The notes under the pieces were generated by a model. That model was not told the DNA's origin. It saw nothing but the letters and a program-made list of their open reading frames with translations, and did not search any database. Position numbers and translations under genes: made by a program. From Chiloscyllium plagiosum (lineage: Eukaryota), in NCBI RefSeq assembly GCF_004010195.1, contig NC_057718.1, positions 33,366,699 through 33,430,698 on the forward strand: 64,000 nucleotides of DNA, read 5' to 3'. Below, piece by piece: positions 34,578 through 47,249 of this stretch (the stretch's first letter is position 1; each line of letters begins with the position of its first letter).

Positions 34578-37500
34578 GGATTCTCAGGGGAACATAGTGT
34601 GAATAGTCAGGTTTCTGGTATTGAGACTGGCTTTAATGTAATGAGAGGTACATCAGGTTCCAAGCAATCAATTGTGTTAAGGGACTCTCTAGTCCAAGGT
34701 ACAGACAGACATTTCTGTGACCAGCAGCGAAAAATCAGAATGGAATGTTGCTACCCTGGTGCCAGGATCAAGGATGTCTCAGGGAGGGCGTAGAATGTTC
34801 TCAAGGGGGAGAGGGGCCAGCAGGAGGTCATTGTCCACATTGGAACCAACGACATAGGAAGGAAAAAGGTTGAGATTCTGAAAGGAGATTACAAAGAGTT
34901 AGGCAGGAATTTAAAAAGGAGGTCCTCGAGAGTAGTAATATCTGGATTACTCCTGGTGCTACGAGCTAGTGAGGGCAGGAATAGCAAGATAGAGCAGATG
35001 AATGCATGGCTGAGGAGCTGGTGTACGGGAGAAGGATTCGTATTTTTGGATCATTGGAAGTTGTTTTGGGGTAGATGTCACCTGTCCAAGAAGGATGGAT
35101 TTCACCTAAATTGGAAGGGGACTAATATACTGGCTGGGAGATTTGCTAGAGCTGCTCGGGAGAATTTAAACTAGTAGGTTGGGAGGGTTGAGACCCAGGG
35201 AGATAGTGAGGAAAGATTTCAATCTGAGACTGGTACAGTTGAGAACAAAGGTCAGTCAAACAGTCAGGGCAGGCAGGGACAAAGCAGAGAACAAGGTAGG
35301 ACTAATAAATTAAACTGCATTTATTTCAATGCAAGAGGCCTAATAGGGAAGGCAGATGAACTCCGGGCATGGTTAGGAACATGGGAGTGGGATAGCAATT
35401 ACAGAAACAATGGCTCAGGGATGGACAGGACTGGCAGCTTAATGTTCCAGGATACAAATGCTACAGGAAGGACAGAAAGGGAGGCAGGAGAGGAGGGGAA
35501 TGGCGTTTTTGATAAGGGATAGCATTACAGCTGTACTGAGGGAGGATATTCCCGGAAATACATCCAGGGAAGTTATTTGGGTGGAACTGAGAAATAAGAA
35601 AGGGATGACCACCTTATTGGGATAGTATTATAGACCTCCTAATAGTCAGAGGGAAATTGAGAAACAAATTTGTCAGGAGATCTCAGTTATCTGTAAGAAT
35701 AATAGGGTGGTTATGGTATGGGATTTTAACCTTCCAAACATAGACTGGGACTGCCATAGTGTTCAGGGTTTAGATGGAGAGGAATTTGTTAAGTGAGTAC
35801 AAGAAAATTTTCTGATTCATTATTTGGATGTACCTATTAGAGAAGGTGCAAAGTTTGACCTACTCTTGGGAAATAAGGCAGGGCAGGTGACTGAGGTGTC
35901 AATGGGGGAGCACTTTGGGGCCAGCGACTGTAATTCTATTAATTTTAAAATAGTGATGAAAAAGGATAGACCAGATCTAAAAGTTGAAGTTCTAAATTGG
36001 AGAAAGGCCAATTTTGATGGTATTAGACAAGAACTTTCAAAAGGTGATTGGGAGCAGATGTTCGCAGATAAAGGGACAGCTGGAAAATGTCAAGCCTTCA
36101 GAAATGAGATAACGAGAGTCCAGAGAGTCCAATCCTGTTAGAGTGAAAGGAAAGGCTGGTAGGTATAGGAAATGCTGGATGACTAAAGAAATTGAGGGTT
36201 TGGTTAAGAAAAAGAAGGAAACATATGTCAGGTATAGACAGAATAAATCAGGTGAATCCTTAGAAGAGTAAAGAGGCAGAAGGAGTATACTTAAGAGGGA
36301 AATCACAAGGGCAAAAAGGGGACATGAGATAACTTTGGCAAATAGAATTAAGGAGAATCCAAAGGGTTTTTACAAATACATTAAGGACAAAAGGGTAACT
36401 TGGGAGAGAATAGGGGCCCTCAAAGATCAGCAAGAAGGTCTTTCTGTGGAGCCACAGGAGATGAGGGAGATTCTAAACAAGTATTTTGCATCAGTATTTA
36501 CTGTGGAAAAGAGCATGGAAAATATAGAATGTAGGGAAATAGATGGTGACATTTTGAAAAATGTCCATATTACAGAGGAGGAAGTGCTGGATGTCTTGAA
36601 ACGGATAAAAGTGGATAAATCCCCAGGACCTGATCAGGTATACCCTAGAACTCTGTGGGAAGCTAGAGAAGTGATTGCTGGGCCTCTTACTGAGATAGTT
36701 TGTATCATCGATAGTCACAGGTGAGGTGCCAGAAGACTGGAGGTTGGCTAACGTGGTGCCATTGTTTAAGAAGGGTGGTAAGGACAGGGAACTATAGACC
36801 AGTGAGCCTGACATCGGTGGTGGGCAAGATGTTGGAGGGAATCCTGAGGGACAGGATATACATGTATTTGGAAAGGCAAGAACTGATTGGGGATAGTCAA
36901 CATGGCTTTATGCATGGGAAATCGTGTCTCACAAACTTGATTGAGTTTTTTGAAGAAGCAACAAAGAGGATTGATGAGGCAGAGTGGTAGATTTGATCTA
37001 TATGGACTTCAGTAAGGCATTCGACAAGGTTCCCCACGGGAGACTGATGAACAAGGTTAGATCTCATGGAATACAGGGAGAACTAGCCATTTGGATACAG
37101 AACTGGCCCAATGGTAGAAGACAAAGAGTGGTGGTGGTGGGTTTTTAGATTAGATCACTTACACTGTGGAAACAGGCCCTTCGGCCCAACAAGTCCACAC
37201 TGACCCGCCGAAGCGTAACCCACCCATTCCCGTACATTTACCCCTTTTACCTAACACTACGGGCAATTTAGCATGGCCAATTCACCTGACGTGCACATCT
37301 TTGGACTGTGGGAGGAAACCGGAGCACCCGGAGGAGACCCACGCAGACAGGGGGAGAATGTGCAAACTCCACACAGTCAGTCACCTGAGTCGGGAATTGA
37401 ACCCGGGTCTCTGGCGCTGTGAGGCAGCAGTGCTAACTACTGTGCCACCGTGCCATCCAGTTTTTCAGACTGGAGACCTGTGACCAGTGGAGTGCCGCAA

Positions 37501-38474
37501 GGATCGGTGCTGGGTCCACTACTTTTCATCATTTATGTAAATGGTTTGGATGTGAGCATAAGAGATATAGTTAGTAAGTTTGCAGATGACACCGAAATTG
37601 GAGGTGTAGTGGACAGCGAAGAAGGTTACCTCAGATTACAATGGGATCTTGATCAGATGGGCCAATGGGCTGTGAAATGGCAGATGGAATTTAATTTAGA
37701 TAAATGTGAGGTGCTGCATTTTTGGAAATCTTAGCAGGACTTATACACTTAATGGTAACGTCCTGGGGAGTATTGCTGAACAAAGAGACCTTGGAGTGCA
37801 GGTTCATAGCTCCTTGAAAGTGGAGTCGCAGGTAGATAGGATAGAAGGTATTTGGTATGCTTTCCTTTATTGGTCAGAGTATTGAGTACAGAAGTTGGAA
37901 GATTATGTTGCAGCTGTACAGGACGTTGGTTAGACCACTATTGGAATTTTGTGTGCAATTCTAGTCTCCTTCCTATCAGTAAGATGTTGTGAAACTTCAA
38001 AGTGTTCAGAAAAGATTTACAAGGATGTTGCCAGGCTTGGAGGATTTGAGCTATAGAGAGAGGTCGAATCGGCTAGGGCTGTTTTCCCTGGAGCGTGGGA
38101 GGCTGAGGGGTGACCTTATAGAGGTTTATAAAATCATGAAGGGCATGGCTAGGATAAATAGACAAAGTCTTTTCCCTGGGTTAGGAGAATCCAGAACTAG
38201 AGGGCATAGGTTTAGGGTGAGAGGGGAAAGATATAAAAGAGACTTAAGGGGCAATTTTTTCAAACAAAGGGTGGTACGTGTCTGGAACGAGCTGCCAGAG
38301 GAAGTGGTGGAGGCTGGTACAATTGCAACACTTAAAAGGCATTTAGATGGGTATATGAATAGGAAGGGTTTGGAGGAATCTGGGCCAGGTGCTGGCAGGT
38401 GAGATATCCGGTTGGCATGGACAAGTTGAACTGAAGGGTCTGTTTCCATGCTGTACATCTCTATGACTCTATGA
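34578..38474 (+). mobile_element. Near-full-length CR1/HER1-type LINE (family 1), decayed, with nested HE1 SINE
   Basis: ORF1 esterase (IVLRDSLVQG..YPGARIKDV; FLDHW..KDGFHLN), EN, and RT (DKSPGPD, NYRPVSLTS, SGVPQGSVLGP, KFADDTE); ctctatgactctatga tail. Confidence 0.95.
37147..37459 (-). mobile_element. Full-length HE1-type SINE inserted in the CR1 RT
   Basis: Near-identical to 28966-29258; TSD gttttt at 37141-37146 and 37460-37465. Confidence 0.93.
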
Positions 38475-38477
38475 ACC

Positions 38478-40405
38478 TAAAACTGAAAAAAGAAACTCTG
38501 GATGCTGGAGATTTGAAACAAAAACAGAAATTGTTGGATAAACTCAGCAGGTCAGGGAGTAGTTGTGGATAGGAGTAGACAGGCAGGAGGCTGGAAGAAC
38601 ACAGAAAGCCAGGCAGCATCAGGAGGTGGAGAAGTCAACATTTCGGGTATCTTCTTCCAGCATCCTGCTTGTCTCCTTTGGACTCCAGTGTCTCCAGTTT
38701 ATTTTATCTCTAACTATGTGGAGAGGAAGCAGAGAAAATGTTTCAAGTCCAGTGACTCTTCATCAGAACAGATATCAGATAGGAAAAAGCGTCATTTATG
38801 TTGAAGCTGAGGATGGGGTTTGGGTAAGGGAGAGGACAGTAGATAGTTGGAGATGGAGCAGATAGATAGATAGATATAGCGAAAGAGATATGGAAGGGAT
38901 AAGCAGATGAGGGGAGTATGGATAGTAAACCAGTACCAAAGAGAATAAATGACAATGAGAGCTGATAATGGGAGGAAAATGGTTGGCTATGCTGAAAGCA
39001 GGTAGTATAAAGTGAAGACAGCAGATGCTGGAGATTAGAGTTGAAAGTGTGGTGCTGGAAAGGCCCAGCAGGTCAGGCAGCATCTGAGGATCAGGAGAAT
39101 CGGTGTTTCGGGCATACGCCCTTCATCAGGAATACGGCTTGTGGGCTGGGGGGTTGAGAGGTAAATGGTAGGGGTTGGGGTTGGGGGGAAGGTGGTTAAA
39201 GAATGCATTAGGTACTGCTGTGGTTCTGTTCGCCGAACTGGAAGTTTTTGTTGCAAACGTTTCGTCCCCTGTCTAGCTGACATCCTCAGTGCTTGGGAGC
39301 CTCCTGTGAAGCACTTCTGTGGTGTTTCCTCCGGCATTTATAGTGGCATGTCCCTGCCGCTTCCGGTTGTCAGTTTCAGCTGTCCGCTGTAGTGGCCGGT
39401 ATATTGGGTCCAGGTCGATGTGTTTGTTGATGGAGTTTGTGGATGAGTGCATTAGGTAGCTGAAGGTGAGGAAAAAAAGTGATAGCCCAGAGAGGAGGAT
39501 AGATGGGAAAGGTGATGGACAGGTCAGGAGGGCGGTGCCGAGTAGGAGGCTTGGGACTGGGATAATGTGGGAGGAGGGGAAATGAGGAAACTGTTGAAAT
39601 CCACATTGATCCGGTGTGGTTGCAGGGTCCCAAGGCAGAATATGAAGTGTTCTAACTCCAGGAATTGAGTGGTAAGGGTTTGGCAATGAAGTAGGCCCAG
39701 GATCTGTATGTCCTTGGTGGAGTGGGAGGGGGAGTTGAAGTGTTTAGCCACGGGGCGGTGGGGTTGGTTGGTGCAGGTGTCCCAGAGATGTTCTCTGAAA
39801 CAATCCGCAAAGAGGCATCCTGTCTCACCGATGTAGAGGAGACCACCTCAGGTGCAACGGAGACAGTAGGTGACATTGGTGGAGGTACAGGCAAATTTCT
39901 GTCCGATGTGGAAGGATCCTTGACATGATGGAAGTGGTGTTGGCACAGGTTTTGTACTTCCTGAGGTGGCAAGGGAAGGTGCCAGGAGTGGGGTGTGAGC
40001 TGGTGGGGGGGGTGAGTGAGTCACGGAGGGAATGGTCTCTCCGGAACCTGAAAGGGCTGAGGAGGGAAATATATCTCTGGTGGTGGGGTCTGTTTGTGGT
40101 GGAGGATGATGCGATGTATGTGGAGATTGGTGGGATGGATGTTGGATTGGTGGGGTTCTGTCTTTGTCGTGTTGGGAGGGATGGGGTTCAAGGGTGATGG
40201 TGCAGTAAGTGGAGGAGATGCACTGGAGGGCATCGTCGACCACGTGGGAAGGGAAATTGTACCTGTCAAGCGAAACAGCAATTTACCTGCACTTTACTCT
40301 GTTCACAATGTGCTCTCCTTTACATTGACGATATGAAATGTAGACTGGGTGACCACTTTAAAGAACACCTACATTCTGTCTGTAAAAGTGACCTCAAACT
40401 TCCAG
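38478..40405 (-). mobile_element. Nest of Penelope-like elements: family B pLTR (38478-39000, with a mini-element at 38573-38716), family A element (39005-40262), family C insert (39215-39444) and a plus-strand GIY-YIG scrap (40262-40405)
   Basis: GIY-YIG pieces (AKHFNSPSHSTKDIQILGLLH..LEHFIFCLGTLQP); TSD ga(a/g)tgcattaggta at 39201-39214 and 39445-39458; three hammerhead motifs. Confidence 0.85.
39253..39292 (-). ncRNA. Minimal hammerhead ribozyme motif, family C, core intact
   Basis: Reverse complement: gca-CTGAGGA-t-GTC-agctagacaggg-GAC-GAAA-CG-TT-tgc; stem I gca/tgc and palindromic ACGT helix III. Confidence 0.7.
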
Positions 40406-40439
40406 GCAGGAAAACATGAAGGATGAAAAAAGATATTTA

Positions 40440-41020
40440 ACCCAAAGGGTGAGAGATTACAAAGCTCTAATCTGCAGAGGGATCGGAGTGTCTTACAGTG
40501 TAATTTGAAAAAGGTTTGTATGCAGATATAGTAAATCTAATAGAATATTATGGTTTTTTTTAAGGGAGTTTAGTGCAGAAGTAGGGAGGCTATGGAGAAC
40601 ATCAGTACTGATCTCTCTATTTAAGGAAAGATGTAAATGCATTGGAAGCAGTTTGAAGAACATTTATCAGAATAATACCTAGAATGAGTTGGTTGTCTTT
40701 TTGAGGAAAGGTTGCAGGCTTGGCACGTGTCCATAAAGTTTAGAAGAGTTATAGAAGACTTAATTGAAACATGTAAGATCCTGAGGAGTCTTGGCAGGGA
40801 TAATTTGAAAGATTGCTTCCTCCTGTGAGAGAATCAATAATTTAGGGATGTTGTTTAAATGTAAGATTGAGGTGAATAGGTTCTTGATAAGCAAAAGTTT
40901 GAAAAGTTATCAGGGTTAGACAGGAATGTGAAGTAATCAGATCAGACTTGATCAAATTGAATGGAACAGAAGGGTCAAGGAGTCAAATAGCCTACTCCTA
41001 CATCTAATTCTTATGTTTGT
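40440..41020 (+). mobile_element. Old CR1 RT 3' fragment
   Basis: Decayed aggaaagatgtaaatgcattggaagc..gacttaattgaaacatgtaagatcctgagg..cctactcct tail. Confidence 0.7.
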
Positions 41021-41677
41021 ACGTATCTTCAATTATCATAACAACTCATTTAGTTCACTAATATACTTTGGAGAAGGAAATCTTCTCCATCTATACCCAG
41101 TCTGGCCTACATATGATTCAAGACTCATAACTAATTAACTCAGCTTTGTTCCACAAATAGCAAGTAAGCCACTCAGTTCAAGGACAAATGGGAACAGAAA
41201 CAAATGCTGGCCTTGCCTACGATGCTCACATCCCATGAAAGGGTAAATTTTAAATAATGAAAACATAAATTGTTGAAATTAAGGTGTGAAATCAGGCAGA
41301 GCTTTATTACCCCTTTTCTATTGTTTGATCAACAACATTCCGGAAAAATCTGATGCAACACCAGTGCCAATGTTGAAATATAAGGACAGATTTCCCTGTT
41401 AATGGAGCATTCCACCCTGACAACTGTTGTAATTTGATCATGGCACTCAGGACTAAATCATTAATCATCAGGCATTCAACATTTCTCACAAATAGCAGAC
41501 ACTTTCCATCCCCAAAGACTTGTTCAGTCATAATGTCAAACTCACTACAGCCAAGAATAATTGGGATTTTTAAAAATTCATCTCATTTGTGTTTGGCTGG
41601 GCGCAAAAAATCTTTATAGATTTAGCATAAGAAAGTACACAATGCTGAAATTATCTTCATTTTCATCATTCTTGATG

Positions 41678-44315
41678 TACAAAGAACAAAGAAAATTTAT
41701 AGCCCAGGAACAGGCCCTTCGGCCCTCCAAGCCTGAGCCGATCCAAATGTACTGTCTAAACCAATCAGTCAATTCCTAAGCATTTGTATCCCTCTGCTCC
41801 CCACCTACTCATGCTTCTATCCAGACGCATCTTAAATGAATCTACCGTGCCCTGCCTCTAACACCTCTGCTGGCAACGCGTTCCAAACGCCCATCACCCT
41901 CTGTGTGAAGTACTTGCCTTGTGTATCCCCCTTAAACTTTCCACCTCTCACCTTGAAAGTGTGACTTCTCGTTATTGAATCCGTCACCCTGGGAAAAAGC
42001 TTGCCTCTATCCACCCTGTCTATACCCTTCATGATTTTGTAAACCTCAATCAGGTCCCCCCTCAATCTCCTTTTTTCTAGTGAAAATGAACCTAACCTAC
42101 TCAACCTGTCTTCATAACTAGCACCTTCCATACCAGGCAACATTCTCGTAAACCTTCTCTGCACCCTCTCCAAAGCATCCACATCCTTTTGGTAATGTGG
42201 CAACCAGGACTGTACACAATATTCAAAATGCGGCCGAACCAATGTCTTGTACAATTTTAACATAACTTGCCAGCTCTTATACTCAATACCCTGTCCAATG
42301 AAGGCAAGCATACTATATGCCTTCTTGACCACTCTATTCACTTGTGCAGCAACCTTCAATGTACAATGGACCTGCACTCCCAGATCTCTCTGCCCATCGA
42401 CTTTTCCCAAGGCTCTTCCACTCATTGTACAATTTGCCCTAGAATTAGACTTGCCTAAATGCAACACCTCACATTTGTCTGGATTGAAAGACATCTACCA
42501 CTTTTCCGCTCAACTCTCCAGTCTACCTATATCCTCCTGTATTCTCTGACAGTGTCTTATGCTTTCTGCTACTCCACCAATCTTTGTGTCATCTTCAAAC
42601 TTGCTGATCATACCAACAGTGCCCTCTTCCAGATCATTTATGTATATTACAAACAACAGTGGCCCCAACACTGACCCCTGTGGAACACCACTGGTCACCT
42701 TTCTCCATTTCGAGAAACTCCCTTCAACTACTACTCTCTGTCTCCTGTTGCTCAACCAGTTCTTTATCCANNNNNNNNNNNNNNNNNNNNNNNNNNNNNN
42801 NNNNNNNNNNNNNNNNNNNNNNNNNNNNNNNNNNNNNNNNNNNNNNNNNNNNNNNNNNNNNNNNNNNNNNNNNNNNNNNNNNNNNNNNNNNNNNNNNNNN
42901 NNNNNNNNNNNNNNNNNNNNNNNNNNNNNNNNNNNNNNNNNNNNNNNNNNNNNNNNNNNNNNNNNNNNNNNNNNNNNNNNNNNNNNNNNNNNNNNNNNNN
43001 NNNNNNNNNNNNNNNNNNNNNNNNNNNNNNNNNNNNNNNNNNNNNNNNNNNNNNNNNNNNNNNNNNNNNNNNNNNNNNNNNNNNNNNNNNNNNNNNNNNN
43101 NNNNNNNNNNNNNNNNNNNNNNNNNNNNNNNNNNNNNNNNNNNNNNNNNNNNNNNNNNNNNNNNNNNNNNNNNNNNNNNNNNNNNNNNNNNNNNNNNNNN
43201 NNNNNNNNNNNNNNNNNNNNNNNNNNNNNNNNNNNNNNNNNNNNNNNNNNNNNNNNNNNNNNNNNNNNNNNNNNNNNNNNNNNNNNNNNNNNNNNNNNNN
43301 NNNNNNNNNNNNNNNNNNNNNNNNNNNNNNNNNNNNNNNNNNNNNNNNNNNNNNNNNNNNNNNNNNNNNNNNNNNNNNNNNNNNNNNNNNCATCCACGGT
43401 TCACGAATCTTGCCCTTCCTATCCTTTGCCTTCAACGGGACATGCCTATCCTGCACTACCGTTAACCTATCTTTGAAAGCTTCCCACATCTCAAATGTGG
43501 ACCTCCCTTCAAATAGCTGTGTCTAATCCACATTTCCCAGCTCCTGCCTAATTTTGATATAATTGGCCTTGGCCAAGTTTAGTATTCTTCCCATAGGACC
43601 ATTCTCTTCTTTATCTACGAGCATTCTAAAACTTACTGAATTGTGGTCACTGTTCCCCAAGAAATCCCCCACCGCAACTTCTACCACCTGTCCTGGCTCA
43701 TTCCCCAGTACCAGGTCCAATATGGCCCCTTCCCTCATCGGACTATTGACAGACTGCTCTAGAAAACTCTCCTGGATGCTTCGTACAAATTCTACTCCAT
43801 CCAGACCTCTGACGCTAAGTGTATCCCAGCCAATTTTGGGAAAATTAAAATCTCCCATCACCACTCCCCTATTGCCTCTACATTTTTCTATAATCTGTTT
43901 ACCTATTTGCTCTTCTACCTCACGCTCACTGTTGGGAGGTCTGTAATACAGCCCCAACAATGTAACTGCACCCTTCTTATTTCTCAGCTCCACGTATAAT
44001 GCCTCACTACCCAAGACCGCCATAGTGTCCTCCTTTAGCACAGACGTGATATCATCCCTGACTAGCAATGCAACTCCACCCCCTCTTTTACTTCCCTCCC
44101 TGTCCTATCTGAAGGTCTATATTCTGGAACATTTAGTTGCCAATCATCATGCCCTTCCTTCAATCAAGTCTCTGTGATGGCAATAACGTCATACTCCCAG
44201 GCACCAATCTAAGCCCTAAGTTCATCTGCCTTACACACTATACTCCTTGCATTAAAGTAGATGCATTTCAGGCCACTAGTTCTTTTGCGCTCACCTGCTC
44301 TCTGCCTATTCTTCC
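41678..44315 (-). mobile_element. CR1 LINE family 2, ORF2 (EN/RT), 620-N gap inside
   Basis: ORFs 43523-44068 (GLYYRPPN..MGDFNFP), 42510-43397 (SGVPQGSVLGP..KFEDDTK), 41832-42494; caaagaacaaagaa tail. Confidence 0.95.
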
Positions 44316-44686
44316 CTGTAATCATCATCGGAATTCTCCCAGCCCCCATGAAAAATGTGGGCAATGGCAAGTCAGTTGGGAAAAAAATGGCGAGTTCAGA
44401 AAAATGATATCCTCAACATCAAGAAAATGAAGATTGATTCTGCAACCAGACTTTGAACTGCAAGACAAGAATCTCACCAGTGAGCAATGAGAGGCCTATT
44501 TGCATGTATTTACATTTCATTAGTGTCCAATCATGCCTCAATGACATGCAGGTTCCTATTCTCTCAGATGGTGACAATCTTGACAGTCTTTTTTCCAACA
44601 GACATGGAGGTTTGAGCGGAAAGCTGGCACCTCCAGCTTGCTGCTTGCTCCTCCAGGCATCCATCTTGCGCAGCAGTTCCCAACAC

Positions 44687-44865
44687 TGGGTGGCACAGTG
44701 GCTGAATAGTTAGCACTACTACCTCACAGCACCAGGGACCCAGGTTTGATTCTCCCTCAGACGACTGTCAGTGTGAAGTTGGGATATTCTCTCTGTGTCA
44801 TGTGAGTTTCCTCTGGGTGATTGAGGTTTCTCCCACAGTTCAGAGATGTATAGATTAGGTAGATT
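44687..44865 (+). mobile_element. Older HE1-type SINE, 3' truncated
   Basis: gggtggcacagtggct..gttagcactactacctcacagcaccagggacccaggtttgattc head and V-domain-like body. Confidence 0.75.
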
Positions 44866-45058
44866 GTGGTGCTGAAAAAGCGCAGGTCAGGCAGCATCAG
44901 AGGAGGAGGAGAATCGATGTTTCAGGCAAGATTCCCGATGAAGGGCTTTTGCTCGAAACGTTGATTATCATGCTGCTCGATGCTGCCTGACCTGCTGGGT
45001 TTTTCCAGCATCTCACTCTCAACTCTGATCTCTAGCATCTTCAGTCCTTTGCTGCCTC
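44865..45058. mobile_element. PLE-derived palindromic mini-element (family A)
   Basis: Inverted arms around attcccgatgaagggcttttgctcgaaacgttgatt. Confidence 0.8.
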
Positions 45059-45624
45059 ATTTAGAACTTATAAACTCACTGTACTTCTGTCTCACCTTGT
45101 CATTTAGTACAGACATAAAGCCAGACAGCTTGACCTGGTTGTGAGCAGTCAAGGGGTAGACAAGCTGTTATATAGCAATGTTCTATGTCAGTGTTACACT
45201 TACAATATATGTAAGCATATTACAAACTAAACACACTTCATATGCTTCAACCAAGTTGCCGTGTCTCAAAGTCTAAAGGGAGTTGTCTTCGGTCAGGTCA
45301 AGTCAATTTGTCAGTCAGCCAGTTGATCAAGGACCATGTCCAATCTCATACAGGGGTTCAGATACAGTCAGTTGGGCATTTGGGGTGGTCACGGCTAGGG
45401 CTTCCCTGTCACTCAGTAATGAGCCTCTGTCAGTCTTATAGACGCAGTGCAATCAGTCCTGGAATTTGTGATAAGTCAGTTGGGGAGCTGCACAAAGATC
45501 AGTCAAGTGTCTAATCATTCCTCAGCATTATCCATTCAGTCAGTAAAGGGGTTGGGCTCCCGTCTGCCCTCGGGGTCAGCTCAACAAAATTTCAGAGGGG
45601 TGGGGGAGGGGAAGGAAGGAAGTA

Positions 45625-46182
45625 AACCTGCACCCACACCTCCTCACTCACCTCCATCCAAGGCCCTAAAGGAGCCTTCCACATCCATCAAAGTTTTATC
45701 TGCACATCCACTAATATCATTTATTACATCCGTTGCTCCCGATGCGGTCTCCTCTACATTGGGGAGACTGGACGCCCCCTAGCAGAGCGCTTTAGGGAAC
45801 ATCTCTGGGATACCCGCACCAATCAACCACCGCCCTGTGGCCCAACATTTCAACTCCCCCTCCTACTCTGCCAAGGACATGGAGGTCCTGGGGCTACTTC
45901 ACCTCCACTCCCTCACCACCAGACGCCTGGAGGAAGAACACCTCATCTTCCTTCATCTCCTCCCCCACTCACCTATTGTACTCTATGCTACTTTCTCCCC
46001 ACCCCCACCTTCCTCTAGCTTATCTCTCCACGCTTCAGGCTCTCTGCCTTTATTCCTGATGAAGGGCTTTTGCCAGAAACGTCGATTTTGCTGCTCCTCG
46101 GATGCTGCCTGAACTGCTGTGCTCTTCCAGTACCACCAATCAAAAATCTGGTTTCCAGCATCTGCAGTCATTGTTTTTACCT
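45625..46182 (+). mobile_element. Penelope-like element: GIY-YIG fragment plus pLTR, hammerhead at 46052-46087
   Basis: Highly similar to 13790-14120; attc-CTGATGA-aGGGCttttGCCa-GAAA-CGTC-gatt. Confidence 0.92.
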
Positions 46183-47249
46183 AGGAAGTTAAAGAAGTCA
46201 ATAGTGGGCTTTGGAGGCTGAGATGCAGGTGGACAATCATAATGAAGGAGGGGGAATGCAATATTTAAGAGTGGGAGACAATAGTTCATAGGAAGATGTG
46301 AGCTCCTACTGCAGAGTGGCCATCAACACAAAGTCAATGCAACATTAATAGTTGGCATGGCTAAGGTATAGCTCAGGGGGTAATGTTGGAGATGAAGATT
46401 TATATCCCCAACATGTGGGCACGAACATGTGGAAGCTCAAAACCAATGGAATCAAGGAAGTGCAAGGAAGAAAGGAACATGGAGGCTTGGGGAGGCCAGC
46501 TGACGACAAGGGTCAACATGCAACCCAGTCTGTCAAGTGTGACCTGTACTGCCTTCCACTCTCATACAAATTATAAATGGGCAATGGAAATGGAAAATGT
46601 ATGTGACCATACCCAGGGTAGGCAGAGGAAGTGAGCATCATTTCTTTCTGAGCATGTGGGATCTACTTGTGAGCAGTGGTCCCTTCAATTTTCTTTCTGG
46701 CTGCATGGGGGTCTGAGCTCCATGTGCCAACAGTGACTTCCAGAACTACCAGTCACTTCTGCGACTTGTGTGCTAACGCTAATGCCTGGGAGGAAAGTTG
46801 AGGTGGGAAAGTTCATAATCTTTAAAAAGTACTTGGATGAGCATTTGAAATGTTTTGACATTCAAGATAATGGGCCTCAATCTGGAAGATGGGACTTGTA
46901 TAACTGAAATGTAGCTTCGGTGGTACAAACTTGATGGGCTGAAGTGCCTCATCTGTATTCTATGATTCTAAGTGTCACCTTCCTCTTTCTGATTCGTCAC
47001 ACTCACTGTATTTCTGCTATTGTACCCACCTGGGAGAAAGTGAGGACTGCAGATGCTGGAGATCAGAGTCGAAAAGTGTGGCGCTGGAAAAGCACAGCCA
47101 GTCAGGCAGCATCCAAGGAGCAGGAGAGTTGCCATTTCAGGCATCAGATCCCTGAGGGGGGTGAGAGATAAACAGGGGGCTGGTGGGCGGTGAATGGTGG
47201 CTGGTGGAGGAAGGTATCCTCGCCCAGGTAGCATTCCCAGCACCTTCCA

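Noticed and set aside
42510..43489. Long ORFs of 226-305 aa in the track
   Set aside because: Artefacts of a 620-nt N-gap inside a CR1 LINE; the real residues are RT/EN fragments.
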